64,000 nt of DNA from an uncultured Methanosarcinales archaeon. Lineage in GTDB: Archaea; Nanobdellota; Nanobdellia; Woesearchaeales; JAGVZT01. Where the stretch lies: positions 110,958 through 174,957 of the forward strand of contig CAYHAM010000001.1 of assembly GCA_964354685.1 (NCBI GenBank). The letters are read 5' to 3'. The notes under the pieces are model-generated. The model was not told the DNA's origin, searched no databases, and was given only the letters and a program-made list of their open reading frames with translations. The translations under genes were made by a program, and so were the position numbers. This document shows positions 37,869-49,199 of the stretch, piece by piece; position 1 is the stretch's first letter; each line of letters opens with the position of its first letter.

Positions 37869-38425
37869 GCCCTTCCACTGCTCTCTCCCATTGCTATCCC
37901 TTGTCCAATTAAATGAGCAATTCTAATTGGTTCAGGAACATAGCTTCTAGTACAACTAATCTTTAAAAATTGTTTTGCCTTTTTAAGATCAACACCCACA
38001 ACCTGAATATGGATGTTATCAACCTTTATCACTTCTCCAGCTTTTTTTAATAAGCTTAGTTTACCCTCTTTTTTCAACTTCCTAAGCGCGCTTTCTATTT
38101 TTTTAAAATCAGGATAATCTCGCATAACAACAATAACAGGAATCCCTGTTTTTCTATTCAGCATTTGCACATCAACAATATTAAAACCACCCAAGGCAAT
38201 GCCATCAAGCATTATGCACTGCAACTGGGGCTTGAACTTGCAGCCATTTATCATTTCTATTAACTTCTTTGTTGAGTTTTTGCCATCAACCCTAACATAA
38301 GTGCTCAAAACCCCATCCAGCCAAGAACCACCCCTAAAAACAGTGCCAATAACCAAAACCCTTTTATCATTAAACTTGTCAAAGCTTGCATCATCTATGC
38401 CCAGGATTCTTATTTCTTTTTTCAT
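37865..38425 (-). CDS. DUF99 family protein (endonuclease V-like fold)
   Basis: IRILGIDD, DGIALGGFNIVD, VPEPIRIAHLI. Confidence 0.88.
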   Translation of the reverse strand: MKKEIRILGIDDASFDKFNDKRVLVIGTVFRGGSWLDGVLSTYVRVDGKNSTKKLIEMINGCKFKPQLQCIMLDGIALGGFNIVDVQMLNRKTGIPVIVVMRDYPDFKKIESALRKLKKEGKLSLLKKAGEVIKVDNIHIQVVGVDLKKAKQFLKISCTRSYVPEPIRIAHLIGQGIAMGESSGRA

Positions 38426-38524
38426 TAATCTATTCTAAACAAAACTAAGATAAAAATTTTTTGTTTTTATTATAACTTGCGGGGTTGCTTTAAAACTATT
38501 TAATATTATTTTTATTAATAATAC

Positions 38525-38568
38525 TAGCGAGTTGCCAGTGTTCAATCACATAAGAGGCAACTCGTGGT
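38525..38568 (+). repeat. Conserved stem-loop element, copy 1 (CGAGTTGCC-N-GGCAACTCG)
   Basis: TAGCGAGTTGCCAGTGTTCAATCACATAAGAGGCAACTCGTGGT; near-identical reverse-complement copy at 50173-50216. Confidence 0.7.
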
Positions 38569-38695
38569 GATTCTGTTTCTTTATTCTCTGGATGGCAAGA
38601 GATAGTAAAAAACAATTAAAAATATTTTTTTAATAGTTCTATCAATCTTTTAGTTATATTTATATATAAGTTATATACTAAATCCTTTCTGTAAA

Positions 38696-40456
38696 ATGTG
38701 CGGAATAATTGCTTATAAAGGAAAAGATGATGCTACTAACATTGTTATAGATGGACTTAAGAAACTAGAATACCGTGGCTATGATTCTTGGGGCATTGCA
38801 ACCTTGGATAAAGATCTAAACTTGCACAAGGAAGTAGGAAGGATAGGTGAATTTAACAAAGACAAAATCAAACTAGACAAAAGCTTTGTTGCCTTGGGCC
38901 ATACAAGATGGGCAACCCATGGAGGAGTTACTATTTCTAATGCACATCCACAGCTTGACTGCAAAAAGGAGATAATCGTTGTGCACAATGGGATAATAGA
39001 AAATTACCATGAGATCAAACAGGAGTTAATAAAAAAGGGCCACAAGTTTAGTTCTGAAACAGACACAGAGGTGATAGCCCATTTCATAGAAGAAAATATA
39101 AATTTAGGAATAAAAAGCGCAGTTGTAAAGCTTGCAAAAACTATTGAAGGAAGAAATGCGATTGTTTTCTTCTATAAACCAACTAAGCAGATATTTGCTC
39201 TAAAAAAAGGAGCGCCATTGGTTTTGGGAATATCAAAACAAGGATATTTTGTTGCTTCAGACATCCCTGCCTTTATTGAACACACAAGAAATGTGATATT
39301 TCTTGATGATGAAGAGGGAGTTGATATAAACAAAGAGATTAAAATCTTTAACACAGAAAATGGAAAGGATATTGACAAAAAAATAGAAGAAGTCAACTGG
39401 AGCTTTGAGCAAGCAAAAAAAGGTAAATATGAAAGCTTCACAATAAAGGAAATAATGCAACAATCTGAAACAATAAGATTAGCAGCTGTGCAGGACGAAG
39501 ACAAGATAAAGGAGCTTTCAAGCATAATCAAAGAAGCTTATGGCAGTTTTTTGATAGGATGTGGAACAGCAAGCTATGCAGCATTACTAGGAACCTACTA
39601 CTTCTCTAAGATCGCGAAAAAGCACCTCAACTTTGTTGTGGCATCTGAATTTTTAGACCACCAACACTTTTTAACAGACAGGAGTTTAGTTATTGCAGTC
39701 TCACAAAGCGGTGAGACTGCTGATATTCTTGAAGCAGTTGAGACTGCCAAAAAACACAACGCAAAGATAGCTTGCGTTGTCAATGTGATGGGTTCAAGCC
39801 TTATGAGAAAATCTGATTATCCATTTTTGATGAGAGCTGGGCCAGAAATATCAGTTATTTCAACAAAGGCCTTCACATCACAGATAGCTGTCCTTTTGCT
39901 ATTGGCATATGCCAGTGCAAACAGGTTAGATGAAGGGAAGGATTTGTTAGAGAAAACATCAAAAAAAATAGAGCAAATGTTAAAACCAAAATTCTTAAAA
40001 AACATTGAAGAGCTGGCAGAGAAACTGAAGAACAAGCAACACATTTATGTTATTGGTAAAGGTAGCAATTATCCTATTGCCCTTGAAACAGCCTTAAAAA
40101 TTAAAGAGATGAGTTATATACATGCAGAGGGCTTTGCCTCTGGTGAACTCAAGCATGGAGTAATAGCATTAATAGAGAAAGGAACACCTTGTATAGCAAT
40201 AGTAAGCAATGATGAGCACAAAAATGATGTGCTTAGCGGTGCAATTGAAATCAAATCAAGAGGTGGTTTTATAATTGGAATAAGCCCAGAAAACAACAAA
40301 GTGTTTGATTATTGGATCAAGGTTCCTGATTGTGGGTATGCCTCTCCTATAGTTAATGTTATCCCCTCTCAACTTTTAGCATATAACTTAGCGAAACTAT
40401 TAAAAAGAGATCTAGACAAACCAAGAAACCTAGCAAAGAGTGTGACAGTGAAATGA
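38696..40456 (+). CDS. glmS: Glutamine-fructose-6-phosphate aminotransferase
   Basis: MCGII, LEYRGYDS, GHTRWATHG, HNGIIEN, SQSGETAD, ELKHG, PRNLAKSVTV. Confidence 0.97.
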   Translation: MCGIIAYKGKDDATNIVIDGLKKLEYRGYDSWGIATLDKDLNLHKEVGRIGEFNKDKIKLDKSFVALGHTRWATHGGVTISNAHPQLDCKKEIIVVHNGIIENYHEIKQELIKKGHKFSSETDTEVIAHFIEENINLGIKSAVVKLAKTIEGRNAIVFFYKPTKQIFALKKGAPLVLGISKQGYFVASDIPAFIEHTRNVIFLDDEEGVDINKEIKIFNTENGKDIDKKIEEVNWSFEQAKKGKYESFTIKEIMQQSETIRLAAVQDEDKIKELSSIIKEAYGSFLIGCGTASYAALLGTYYFSKIAKKHLNFVVASEFLDHQHFLTDRSLVIAVSQSGETADILEAVETAKKHNAKIACVVNVMGSSLMRKSDYPFLMRAGPEISVISTKAFTSQIAVLLLLAYASANRLDEGKDLLEKTSKKIEQMLKPKFLKNIEELAEKLKNKQHIYVIGKGSNYPIALETALKIKEMSYIHAEGFASGELKHGVIALIEKGTPCIAIVSNDEHKNDVLSGAIEIKSRGGFIIGISPENNKVFDYWIKVPDCGYASPIVNVIPSQLLAYNLAKLLKRDLDKPRNLAKSVTVK

Positions 40457-41802
40457 GAAAACTATTTGGCACAGATGGTGTTAGAGGAGTTGCAAACACC
40501 TATCCAATAACTCCTGAAGTGATTATAAAGCTTGGAAAAGCAGCAGCACTTATTCTTAGAAATGGCAAGAAGCGTCCAAAAATTGTTATTGGCAAAGACA
40601 CAAGGCTCTCTGGTTATATGATTGAAACCGCTTTGACATCAGGCATACTATCAGTAGGAGGAGATGTGCTGCTTGTTGGACCAATGCCAACTCCAGCAGT
40701 TGCACACCTAGTAAAGTCATTTGCAGCAGATGCTGGGATAGTTATAAGCGCAAGCCATAACCCTGCTCAAGACAATGGAATCAAGTTCTTCTCAAATCAG
40801 GGATTAAAACTCTCTGATGAAACAGAAAAAAAAATTGAGGATCTGTTTTTCTCAAACAAAATATCAACAGATAAGATAAATGGAGAAAAAATAGGAAAAG
40901 CATACCGCATTGATGATGCAAAAGGTCGCTACATTGAGTTTGCAAAAAGCTCTATTCACAACAACTCCCTAAAAGGGTTGAAGGTTGTACTTGATTGTGC
41001 AAACGGCGCAGCTTATAATATCACCCCTCTAATTTTGGAAGAACTAGGTGCAGAAGTTATCACATTAAACAACAAACCAAATGGTCTAAACATAAACCTA
41101 AACTGTGGCGCATTGCATCCAAATATAATAAGCAAAGAGGTCTTGAAACAAAAAGCAGATGTGGGAGTAGCATTAGATGGTGATGCAGACAGAATTATAA
41201 TGGTTGATGAGAATGGTAGAATAGTAGATGGTGATGAGATCATGGTGATAGCTGCTTTAGATATGATAAAAAAAGGAGAACTAAAAAACAACACACTTAT
41301 TGCAACAGATTATTCAAACCTAGGTTTAGACAAAACCATAAAAGAGGTAGGAGGTAAAGTGATTAGAGTGAAGAACGGTGATAGGTATGTTATAGACGAA
41401 ATGTTAAAAAAAAGATACAACTTTGGTGGAGAACAATCTGGCCATATAATCTTCTTTGATTATTCAACGACAGGAGATGGCACAATAGCAGCCATAAAAA
41501 TGTTAGATATAATGAAACAAAACAATAAAAAACTCTCTCAACTTGCCAAGTGTTTAAACAAATTCCCTCAAATTTTGGTGAATATCAAAGTAAAAGAAAA
41601 AAAGGATTTAAAGAAAATACCACCCTTATCTCAAGCAATAGGCAAGGCAAACAAAGAGCTTGGAGAAAACGGACGAACTTTAATAAGATACTCTGGGACC
41701 CAGAATGTCCTAAGGATAATGATGGAAGGTAAAGATAAAAAATTGATAACAAAATTGGCTAATGATATTGCAAACAAAGCAAAGAAGGCAATAGGTGCTT
41801 GA
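40453..41802 (+). CDS. glmM: Phosphoglucosamine mutase
   Basis: [32 protein letters not shown]. Confidence 0.95.
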   Translation: MRKLFGTDGVRGVANTYPITPEVIIKLGKAAALILRNGKKRPKIVIGKDTRLSGYMIETALTSGILSVGGDVLLVGPMPTPAVAHLVKSFAADAGIVISASHNPAQDNGIKFFSNQGLKLSDETEKKIEDLFFSNKISTDKINGEKIGKAYRIDDAKGRYIEFAKSSIHNNSLKGLKVVLDCANGAAYNITPLILEELGAEVITLNNKPNGLNINLNCGALHPNIISKEVLKQKADVGVALDGDADRIIMVDENGRIVDGDEIMVIAALDMIKKGELKNNTLIATDYSNLGLDKTIKEVGGKVIRVKNGDRYVIDEMLKKRYNFGGEQSGHIIFFDYSTTGDGTIAAIKMLDIMKQNNKKLSQLAKCLNKFPQILVNIKVKEKKDLKKIPPLSQAIGKANKELGENGRTLIRYSGTQNVLRIMMEGKDKKLITKLANDIANKAKKAIGA

Positions 41803-41803
41803 A

Positions 41804-42994
41804 ATGAGACAAGCAGTTATTCTAGCAGCAGGCAAATCAACTAGATGTTACCCCCTCACCCTAACACGACCAAAAGTACTTCTAAAAGTTGCAAACAAAA
41901 CATTAATTGAACACAACCTAGAACAGTTAAATGGAATTTTTGGCGAGGTAATAATCATTATAGGATACAAAAAAGAAATGATAAAAAGATTAATTGGTAA
42001 TAAGTATAAAAAGATCAATATAAAATATGTTGAACAAAAACAACAACTAGGAACAGCAAATGCATTGTTACAAACAAAAGATTTAATCAAAAATAATTTT
42101 GTTGTGTTGTATGGAGATGACCTGTATTTTAAAGAAGATATTAAACAATGCGCAAATGAAGGATACGCTCTACTCGCTGCTAAAACCACAGACCCAAAGA
42201 GGTTTGGTATTATTTCTTTGAAAAAAGGATTTGTTGAAAAGATAATCGAAAAATCCAAGAACACCGAAAATAACTTAGCCAACTGCGGTGTTTACTTCCT
42301 TGACACTTCTATCTTTACCATTATAAAAAATTTAACAAAATCCGAAAGAGGAGAATACGAACTCACAGACGCTATTAATGAATTTGCAAAAAAAAAGAGC
42401 CTAAAAGTTGTGAAAGCAAAGCAATGGTTACCCAATGGTTATTCATGGGATTTGCTAGATTCAAATGAATTTTTACTTAAAAACATAAAAAAGAATACTA
42501 TAAGAGGTAAAGTAGAGAAAGGAGCAACAATTAATGGGGCTGTTGAAATTGGCAAAGGCACAATTGTTAAAGCTGGAACCTATATTGAAGGTCCGGTTGT
42601 TATTGGAGAAAACAGCTCGATTGGTCCTAATAGTTACATAAGGCCTTACACATCAATAGGTAACAACTGCAAAGTTGGACAAGCTGTTGAAATAAAAAAC
42701 ACCATAATAATGGACAACAGCAAAGTACCGCATCTCAGCTATGTTGGAGACTCCATTATAGGAGAAAATGTCAATATTGGAGCAGGGACAATAACCGCTA
42801 ATCTTAGGCATGACTATGGTATAATCAGTTCAATGGTAAATAGTAAATTAAAAGAAACAGGCAGGAAAAAGTTTGGTGCTGTAATTGGTGACAATTCAAA
42901 AACAGGAATCCATACAACAATTTATCCTGGAAGGAAGATTTGGCCCAACAAAGCAACAATGCCAGGAGAAATAATAAAAAAGGATATAACTTAA
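41804..42994 (+). CDS. glmU: Bifunctional sugar-1-phosphate nucleotidylyltransferase/acetyltransferase (GlmU-like)
   Basis: [20 protein letters not shown], hexapeptide repeats, [11 protein letters not shown]. Confidence 0.88.
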   Translation: MRQAVILAAGKSTRCYPLTLTRPKVLLKVANKTLIEHNLEQLNGIFGEVIIIIGYKKEMIKRLIGNKYKKINIKYVEQKQQLGTANALLQTKDLIKNNFVVLYGDDLYFKEDIKQCANEGYALLAAKTTDPKRFGIISLKKGFVEKIIEKSKNTENNLANCGVYFLDTSIFTIIKNLTKSERGEYELTDAINEFAKKKSLKVVKAKQWLPNGYSWDLLDSNEFLLKNIKKNTIRGKVEKGATINGAVEIGKGTIVKAGTYIEGPVVIGENSSIGPNSYIRPYTSIGNNCKVGQAVEIKNTIIMDNSKVPHLSYVGDSIIGENVNIGAGTITANLRHDYGIISSMVNSKLKETGRKKFGAVIGDNSKTGIHTTIYPGRKIWPNKATMPGEIIKKDIT

Positions 42995-43734
42995 CTCTTA
43001 ACCTTCCTAACAAAGCTCAAAAACCCGCTATGGCCTATTGTCTGAGTCTTTGGCCTTACCTTTCTTTCATCAACATCCCATTCTCTTTCCAAAACCTCAA
43101 TTGTTTTCAAGAAAATGAGCTTGTCACTTTTATTAACCTCATTAACAAAATCCATTACTTGGGGAATTGTTGGAGAATAAGATACAATAAAACCGCCCAC
43201 TTTTAAAGCCTTCTCAGCACTCTTGATAGCCTTCCAAGGCTCTGGAAGATCTAGTGTTATAAGATCAACATTCTTCTCATTTATTCCATCATAAACATTT
43301 CCTTCCTTTATTTTCAGGTTTTTCAATTCTAAAAGCTCTTTATTTTTCTTTACTATTTTGATAAAATCATCTCTTATATCATATGTTATAACCTCTTTAG
43401 CTATGTTCGCTAAAAAACATGCTAAGCCACCAGAACCAGCACCAGCATCAACAACCCTGCTTGTTGAGTTGATACCAGTTTCTGTAAGTATTATACCTAT
43501 ATCTTTGAGTGGTATTATCTGTGCAGAGCGCTTTATTTTTCTATATACATCAACAAAGCTAGGCTTTAAGACAAAAAGCTCTTTTCCAGTGTTTGTCTTT
43601 AGTATCGAGCCTGGCTTTGATTTTTTGATGTCTGTTGATTTAACAAATCCATATTGGGTGTGAAAATCTTTGGAGGTATCCCTAACATAGAATTTTTTGC
43701 CTTGTTGTGTTATCAAAACCTTTTCTACCCCCAT
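42991..43734 (-). CDS. trmI: tRNA (adenine-N1)-methyltransferase
   Basis: [34 protein letters not shown]...HSGFL. ATG 43734. Confidence 0.92.
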   Translation of the reverse strand: MGVEKVLITQQGKKFYVRDTSKDFHTQYGFVKSTDIKKSKPGSILKTNTGKELFVLKPSFVDVYRKIKRSAQIIPLKDIGIILTETGINSTSRVVDAGAGSGGLACFLANIAKEVITYDIRDDFIKIVKKNKELLELKNLKIKEGNVYDGINEKNVDLITLDLPEPWKAIKSAEKALKVGGFIVSYSPTIPQVMDFVNEVNKSDKLIFLKTIEVLEREWDVDERKVRPKTQTIGHSGFLSFVRKVKS

Positions 43735-43798
43735 GGCCTTAAAGTTATATACAACAATTTTAAAGCTTTCGGTTTTTAAACAGAAAGATTTATACAAG

Positions 43799-43920
43799 AG
43801 AAAATGCTTTGCATTTTCTAAGTGTCAAGAACCATTGGTTCTTGAACATGCCAGAAATTCCAAAGGAATTTCTAAGCATATAAATCTTCGAAAATTCAAT
43901 GATTTTCGAAAGATTTATAT
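43799..43920. repeat. Array of four short hairpins (same family as 35708-35824)
   Basis: AGAAAATGC-TTT-GCATTTTCT; TCAAGAACC-ATT-GGTTCTTGA; ATGCCAGAAATTCC-AAA-GGAATTTCTAAGCAT; ATAAATCTTCGAAAAT...ATTTTCGAAAGATTTAT. Confidence 0.75.
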
Positions 43921-43972
43921 ATTCCTTTTTAGGTTATTAATCATATCAAGCTTATCAAAACGAGGTGATCAG

Positions 43973-44239
43973 ATGTTCAAAAACAAGAAGGCCCAGGGTT
44001 TGTCCTTAAATACAATAATAATTGCAGCTCTTGTTCTAATTGTATTAGTTGTGTTAATAATGATATTTACAGGTAGAATGGGTTGGTTTAATATTGGGCT
44101 ATTCAATGCAACAACGCCAAAAACTTGTGGTGAGATGGGTGGAACACCCACACCAGAAGATCAATGCTCAATAGAACAAAGAGTTTTAGTTCAAGTGAGT
44201 GATTTGGAACCAGGAGAAGTGTGTTGTAAACAATCATAG
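43973..44239 (+). CDS. Pilin-like protein with class III signal peptide
   Basis: GAGGTGA RBS; MFKNKKAQ-GLSLNTIIIAALVLIVLVVL; C-terminal Cys residues. Confidence 0.82.
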   Translation: MFKNKKAQGLSLNTIIIAALVLIVLVVLIMIFTGRMGWFNIGLFNATTPKTCGEMGGTPTPEDQCSIEQRVLVQVSDLEPGEVCCKQS

Positions 44240-44283
44240 TTTTCCAAACATTATTAAATATCTATTTCTTTATTTTTTAAATC

Positions 44284-44622
44284 ATGAAGCAGAAACACAA
44301 AAAAAAGCCATCAGAGCATAGAAAAATAGCTTTGGAAAGAATAAAAACCTTGTTCAAAGAAGCGGATTCTATGTTTAAAGAAGACCCCCAGCTCTCAAAC
44401 AAATATATAATGCTAGCAAGAAAAATATCAATGAGATACAAGGTTAAGATACCTTCTGAGCTAAAAAAGAGGTTCTGTAAGCACTGCCACACCTTTCTCA
44501 AACCATCGAAGAATTGCAGAATAAGACTCCACAATGGCAAGGTTGTTTATTACTGCCTAAGTTGCAAGAAGTATATGAGATTCCCTTATATAAAAGAGCA
44601 AAAAGCCAGAAGATCTAGATGA
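44284..44622 (+). CDS. rnp4: Ribonuclease P protein component 4 (Rpp21)
   Basis: IALERIKTLF, KRFCKHC, CLSC...MRFP. Confidence 0.92.
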   Translation: MKQKHKKKPSEHRKIALERIKTLFKEADSMFKEDPQLSNKYIMLARKISMRYKVKIPSELKKRFCKHCHTFLKPSKNCRIRLHNGKVVYYCLSCKKYMRFPYIKEQKARRSR

Positions 44623-46543
44623 ATGGCACATCTTTCTCTGATTTAATTCCATATATGAATATGTAGTTCCAAAACAACCCTTTTTTCCTCTTAACCTGAA
44701 CAGAAAAACCACAGTTCCTAAAAACCATCTCAATATCCTCGTTTTTTGCCAACCAATCAACATTAGGCAACACATGGAAGAAATCGCCATAATCAACAAA
44801 GCAAATCTTGCCTCCTGAAGGCATTATCTCATTCACCTCCCTCAAAACCTTCTCAATATCCTGCACATATCCTATCATACCAACAGAAACAGCAGCATCA
44901 ACATCCTCAACATCAGGATGTACCCTGCTGGTGTGCTCCAAGTCATGTATTAGTTTCACATCTCCAAAAATTCTTTTTTCTGACAACCAGTTTTGCTGCT
45001 CTATCCTGCGCTTAGTTATCTTAATATGATTTTCTGAGAAGGAGGTTGCATAAACATTGCCATTAGGACCAACAGCTTCAGCAAGCGTTACTGTTAAAGT
45101 TCCCACCCCACAACCAAACTCTAGAACAGATTTACCTCTTAAATCACCAAGTAAAACCATGATCTCTTTTCTCACACTTTTTGGCAAATTAATCCTCTCT
45201 GTTAAGAGAGTTAAATAGGCAAGCACATCATTCACATTGGTAATCATCTTTGGATCATTGTAAAGCTCTATTAGCAAATATAGTGGAAAACCGATTAGAA
45301 CTAAAGAGCCACAAACCCTTAGGATACCTAAAGCATTTGGTTCTATTATCAGCCATGAAACAATAAGAACAATAAAGAACACAACAACAATGAGTGGCCC
45401 CAACTTGCCAAAAGGGGCCTTGAATGGTCTTTTAATATCAGGCCTTTTAAACCTCAAAACAACAAGCGAAAGCATAACCGCTGTGTACATAAACAAAGCC
45501 AAGGGCACAAGCAGGCTAAGTAACACCTTGTATTTGCCGAAACCAATGATCAGCACAATTATAGAAACAATTGCCTGGAAAATTATTGCATTGTGAGGGG
45601 TAAAAAACCTTGGGTGGATCTTTGTGAACTGTTTTAAGAACAACTTATCTCGAGCCAATGCAAGTATAAGCCTGGGCATCGTTATTATGTTCCCAGCAGC
45701 ACTACCTATGAGGATTAGATAAACACCAATAGATAAAACATCCCTACCCGAAGCACCAAATAGCAAATCAGAAAGAGTACTCAAGGGGGCAGTTAATTTT
45801 GAAAGTTGCTCTGCGCCAAAAACGCCCAACAACACCAAAGCTATTAAAACACAGATTATTGAAATCAGGAGGGTAGCAACGAATATCATCCTTGGAATAA
45901 CCTTCTCAGGGTCTTTAGTCTCCTCAGATATGTATGCAGCAGACTCCCAACCAAAGAAGGTTTCAGCGATAAAGAATATTGCAATGAATATCGAAGGTAT
46001 ATTAATGTTGAAGTTTGTTGTTAAATTAGCAGGTTTTACAAAAAACATACCAAACACAACTACTGTTATCAAAACAACAATGGTGATTGTTGAGAATGTT
46101 ATTACAGCAATAGAACTTTCTTGCATCCCTAACAATGCAATTGTGTTAAGCAAAAGCACAAAAAATATGCTGATCCCTATTTTTATCATAACCAAACTGG
46201 GAGAAGGAAGAAGATAGTCAACAGCAGCAACAATCAAAACAACTGTTGTTATATTACCAACAAGCCAGGCAACCCAGCCAATTATAAAAGAGATAAACCT
46301 ACCGTAGCTCTGTTTGCCGAATTCATAAACACCACCAGCTTTTGGGAACATTGCAATTAGCTCACCAAAGCAAAGCCCAATGTAGATAGCAACTATACTC
46401 AAAATAATCCATGATAACAATGATGCAGCACCAGCGTAGCTTGCGGCAATTGCTGGACCAAAGAACAGACCAGTGCCAGCTATAGTCCCAATGGTTAAGG
46501 CTAGTACAGTCCATTTGCCTGCTACTCTTTTAAGCTCTGTCAT
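44615..46543 (-). CDS. APC-family amino acid permease fused to a C-terminal class I SAM-dependent methyltransferase-like domain
   Basis: GTIAGTGLF, FGELIAMFPKAGGVY, FGWES...SEETKDP, RPFKAP; then VLEFGCGVGTL...AEAVGPNGNVY...GGKICFVD. Confidence 0.85.
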   Translation of the reverse strand: MTELKRVAGKWTVLALTIGTIAGTGLFFGPAIAASYAGAASLLSWIILSIVAIYIGLCFGELIAMFPKAGGVYEFGKQSYGRFISFIIGWVAWLVGNITTVVLIVAAVDYLLPSPSLVMIKIGISIFFVLLLNTIALLGMQESSIAVITFSTITIVVLITVVVFGMFFVKPANLTTNFNINIPSIFIAIFFIAETFFGWESAAYISEETKDPEKVIPRMIFVATLLISIICVLIALVLLGVFGAEQLSKLTAPLSTLSDLLFGASGRDVLSIGVYLILIGSAAGNIITMPRLILALARDKLFLKQFTKIHPRFFTPHNAIIFQAIVSIIVLIIGFGKYKVLLSLLVPLALFMYTAVMLSLVVLRFKRPDIKRPFKAPFGKLGPLIVVVFFIVLIVSWLIIEPNALGILRVCGSLVLIGFPLYLLIELYNDPKMITNVNDVLAYLTLLTERINLPKSVRKEIMVLLGDLRGKSVLEFGCGVGTLTVTLAEAVGPNGNVYATSFSENHIKITKRRIEQQNWLSEKRIFGDVKLIHDLEHTSRVHPDVEDVDAAVSVGMIGYVQDIEKVLREVNEIMPSGGKICFVDYGDFFHVLPNVDWLAKNEDIEMVFRNCGFSVQVKRKKGLFWNYIFIYGIKSEKDVPFI

Positions 46544-49136
46544 TTTTTGTTAGAAGTTTTATCAATTCTATTATAACTAATATTGAGCCTGAAACTAGGA
46601 TTATATAAACCCAATCAACAAGGCCAATTTTTACAGTATCAAATAATACACTCAATGGAGTGTATATGACAATAAGTTGTATAATTAATGAGGATGCAAT
46701 AGCACCAATTAGGTATTTGTTTGAGAAAATGCCCACACTAAATAAACTCCTTTTTTCTGAGCGACAGTTAAGAACATTAAACATCTGGAACATGACCAAT
46801 GTCGTGAATGCCATTGTCTGGGCATACCTTACTTCACCTGAGTTTAGGTAAAGCTTGAATATACCTAGTGTCCCAATACATAAGATAATTCCCACAATAA
46901 GCATATTTATTAAGGTTGATTTTGAGAAGATTCTCTCTTTTGGTTTTCTTGGTTTTCTAAACATAATGTCTGCTTCAATTGGTTCAATACCCAAGGCAAG
47001 AGCAGGCAATCCATCTGTTACAATGTTCATCAACAAGATTTGTAATGCCAGCAAGGGTGGAGGCAAACCAAGCAGAATCCCAATAAATATTGTCAAAACC
47101 TCTCCAATGTTACAGCTCAACAAGTATTTGACAAACTTTTTTATGTTGTCATATATGCCTCTGCCCTCTTCAACTGCATTGACAATGCTAGCAAAGTTGT
47201 CGTCTGTTAGGATCATATCACTTGCCTCTCTAGAAACATCTGTTCCAGTTATACCCATTGCAATTCCAATATCAGCCTTTTTTAATGCTGGTGCATCATT
47301 AACACCATCACCAGTCATTGCCACAATATGGCCTCGCTTCTTGAAGGCGTCAATAATCTTCATCTTATGCTCTGGGTTAACCCTGGCATAAATCCCAATA
47401 TCCTCAACCCTTTCTTCTAAGTTTTCTATTTCATCTAGTTCTGTACCTGTTATTGCTATGCCATCAATACCAAGCTCTTTTGCTATTGCCTGTGCAGTTC
47501 CTTTGTAGTCTCCTGTAACCATCACAACCTTTATACCTGCTCGCTTGCATTTTGCAATAGCATCCTTAACCTCTGCTCTTGGTGGATCAATCATTGCTTG
47601 TAAGCCTACAAAAACCATATCCTTTTCTATGCTTTTTTTGTCTTCATTAGTTATTTCTTTATATGCAAAACCTAGAACTCGTAAAGCTTGATTAGCAAAT
47701 TCTTCTTCTACTCTACTTATCTCTTTTTTTTGTAGGTTTGTAAACATTTCAACTCTACCATCAATTAAAATTTTGTTACAGAACTCAATAACAATATCTG
47801 GTGCACCTTTTGTAAAAGCAATCTTGCATTGCTTTGTGTTGTGGATTGTTGTCATAAGCTTTCTCTCAGAATCAAATGGGATCTCATCTATTCTTTGGTT
47901 CTCTTTTTCTAAGACCTCTTTTTTAAGCCCTGCTTTTTCAGCACTAACTATTAAGCAACCCTCAGTTGGGTCTCCAATTATCTTTCCAGAATCGAGCTTT
48001 GCATCATTATTAAGTGCACCAATCTTTAGAAGCATCTCAAAGTCCTTTGGATTAGAGCTAAACCCACCTTTGGTTGAGTAACCAGAGCCACTCACATCCA
48101 CAATCTTGTTATTGACATACATTTTTACAACTGTCATCTCATTATGGGTCAATGTTCCTGTTTTGTCTGTGCATATAACAGTTGTTGAACCTAATGTTTC
48201 AACAGATGGAAGTTTTCTCATCAAGGCATTTCTTCTTATCATCCTTTGTACACCTAATGCCAGAGATATTGTGACAACTGCTGGCAGACCTTCTGGTATA
48301 GCAGCTACCGCAAGTGCAATAGATGTTTTTAGAATCTCAAAAAACTCATTACCTTTTAGTATACCAACTCCAAAGATTACAAAACAGATTATTATTGTTA
48401 ATATTCCTAATGACTGAGCAAGCTCCTTAAGCTTTACCTGAAGAGGGGTTGGCTCCTCTGGGGTAACCTGGATTAGCTCAGCAATCTTTCCGAACTCTGT
48501 CTTCATACCAGTTGCTATAACAATTGCCTTGCCGCGACCTTTTGTTACAATAGTACTAGAATATACTATATTTTTGCGATTGGCAACTGCAGTTTTTTCA
48601 TTAAGGATACAAACCTCTTTTTGTACAGGTACAGACTCTCCTGTTAGAGCAGCCTCTTGTGTTTCTAGATTCATCTGTTCTATTATCCTAGAATCTGCTG
48701 GGATCTTGTCGCCTGTTGCCAGAACAAGTATATCACCAGGCACAACCTCTCTTGAATCAATCTCTTGGTCGCGGCCATTTCTAATCACCTTTGCCTTTGG
48801 TGTTGCCAGTTTTTTCAGTGCTTCTATCGCCTTTTCTGCCTTGTACTCCTGGATAAAACCAAGGAATGCATTTAGGATAAGGATTGCAAAAACAGCTATT
48901 GCCTCTGGCCATTCTTTTAGCAAAAGAGAAATTATCACAACTACAATCAATATTCCTATAACAAAACTCTTGAACTGATTAATAAAAATAGTTATTGGCT
49001 TTATTTTCTCTTTTTCTTGTAGCTCATTAGAGCCAAACTCTTCTAACCTTTGTTTGGCTTCCTCACTTGTCAGGCCCTTGTTAGAACTCTTGAGCTCTTT
49101 GTATACATCTTCTAAGCTTAAGCTATGGAATTCCAT
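46530..49136 (-). CDS. P-type ATPase, type IIA (Ca2+-transporting, PMR1-like)
   Basis: TGES, IPEGL, DKTGT, KGAPD, DPPR, TGD, GDGVND. Confidence 0.95.
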   Translation of the reverse strand: MEFHSLSLEDVYKELKSSNKGLTSEEAKQRLEEFGSNELQEKEKIKPITIFINQFKSFVIGILIVVVIISLLLKEWPEAIAVFAILILNAFLGFIQEYKAEKAIEALKKLATPKAKVIRNGRDQEIDSREVVPGDILVLATGDKIPADSRIIEQMNLETQEAALTGESVPVQKEVCILNEKTAVANRKNIVYSSTIVTKGRGKAIVIATGMKTEFGKIAELIQVTPEEPTPLQVKLKELAQSLGILTIIICFVIFGVGILKGNEFFEILKTSIALAVAAIPEGLPAVVTISLALGVQRMIRRNALMRKLPSVETLGSTTVICTDKTGTLTHNEMTVVKMYVNNKIVDVSGSGYSTKGGFSSNPKDFEMLLKIGALNNDAKLDSGKIIGDPTEGCLIVSAEKAGLKKEVLEKENQRIDEIPFDSERKLMTTIHNTKQCKIAFTKGAPDIVIEFCNKILIDGRVEMFTNLQKKEISRVEEEFANQALRVLGFAYKEITNEDKKSIEKDMVFVGLQAMIDPPRAEVKDAIAKCKRAGIKVVMVTGDYKGTAQAIAKELGIDGIAITGTELDEIENLEERVEDIGIYARVNPEHKMKIIDAFKKRGHIVAMTGDGVNDAPALKKADIGIAMGITGTDVSREASDMILTDDNFASIVNAVEEGRGIYDNIKKFVKYLLSCNIGEVLTIFIGILLGLPPPLLALQILLMNIVTDGLPALALGIEPIEADIMFRKPRKPKERIFSKSTLINMLIVGIILCIGTLGIFKLYLNSGEVRYAQTMAFTTLVMFQMFNVLNCRSEKRSLFSVGIFSNKYLIGAIASSLIIQLIVIYTPLSVLFDTVKIGLVDWVYIILVSGSILVIIELIKLLTKNDRA

Positions 49137-49199
49137 TCATCACCCTCTTTTTATTGTTCAAAACCCCTTATATTAATATATCTTTTTATTTTAATCAAC

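Noticed and set aside
38430-38695. glmS ribozyme upstream of glmS
   Set aside because: The stem-loop does not resemble the glmS ribozyme core, and a second copy lies in an unrelated context at 50173-50216.
43697-43972. N-terminal extension of the 180-aa ORF 43697..44239
   Set aside because: It runs through trmI and the hairpin array; the real pilin start is ATG 43973 after a GAGGTGA RBS.
46660-48978. Antisense ORFs over the P-type ATPase, and similar shadow ORFs across the window
   Set aside because: They lie opposite well-supported genes, lack motifs and RBSs, and reflect codon bias.
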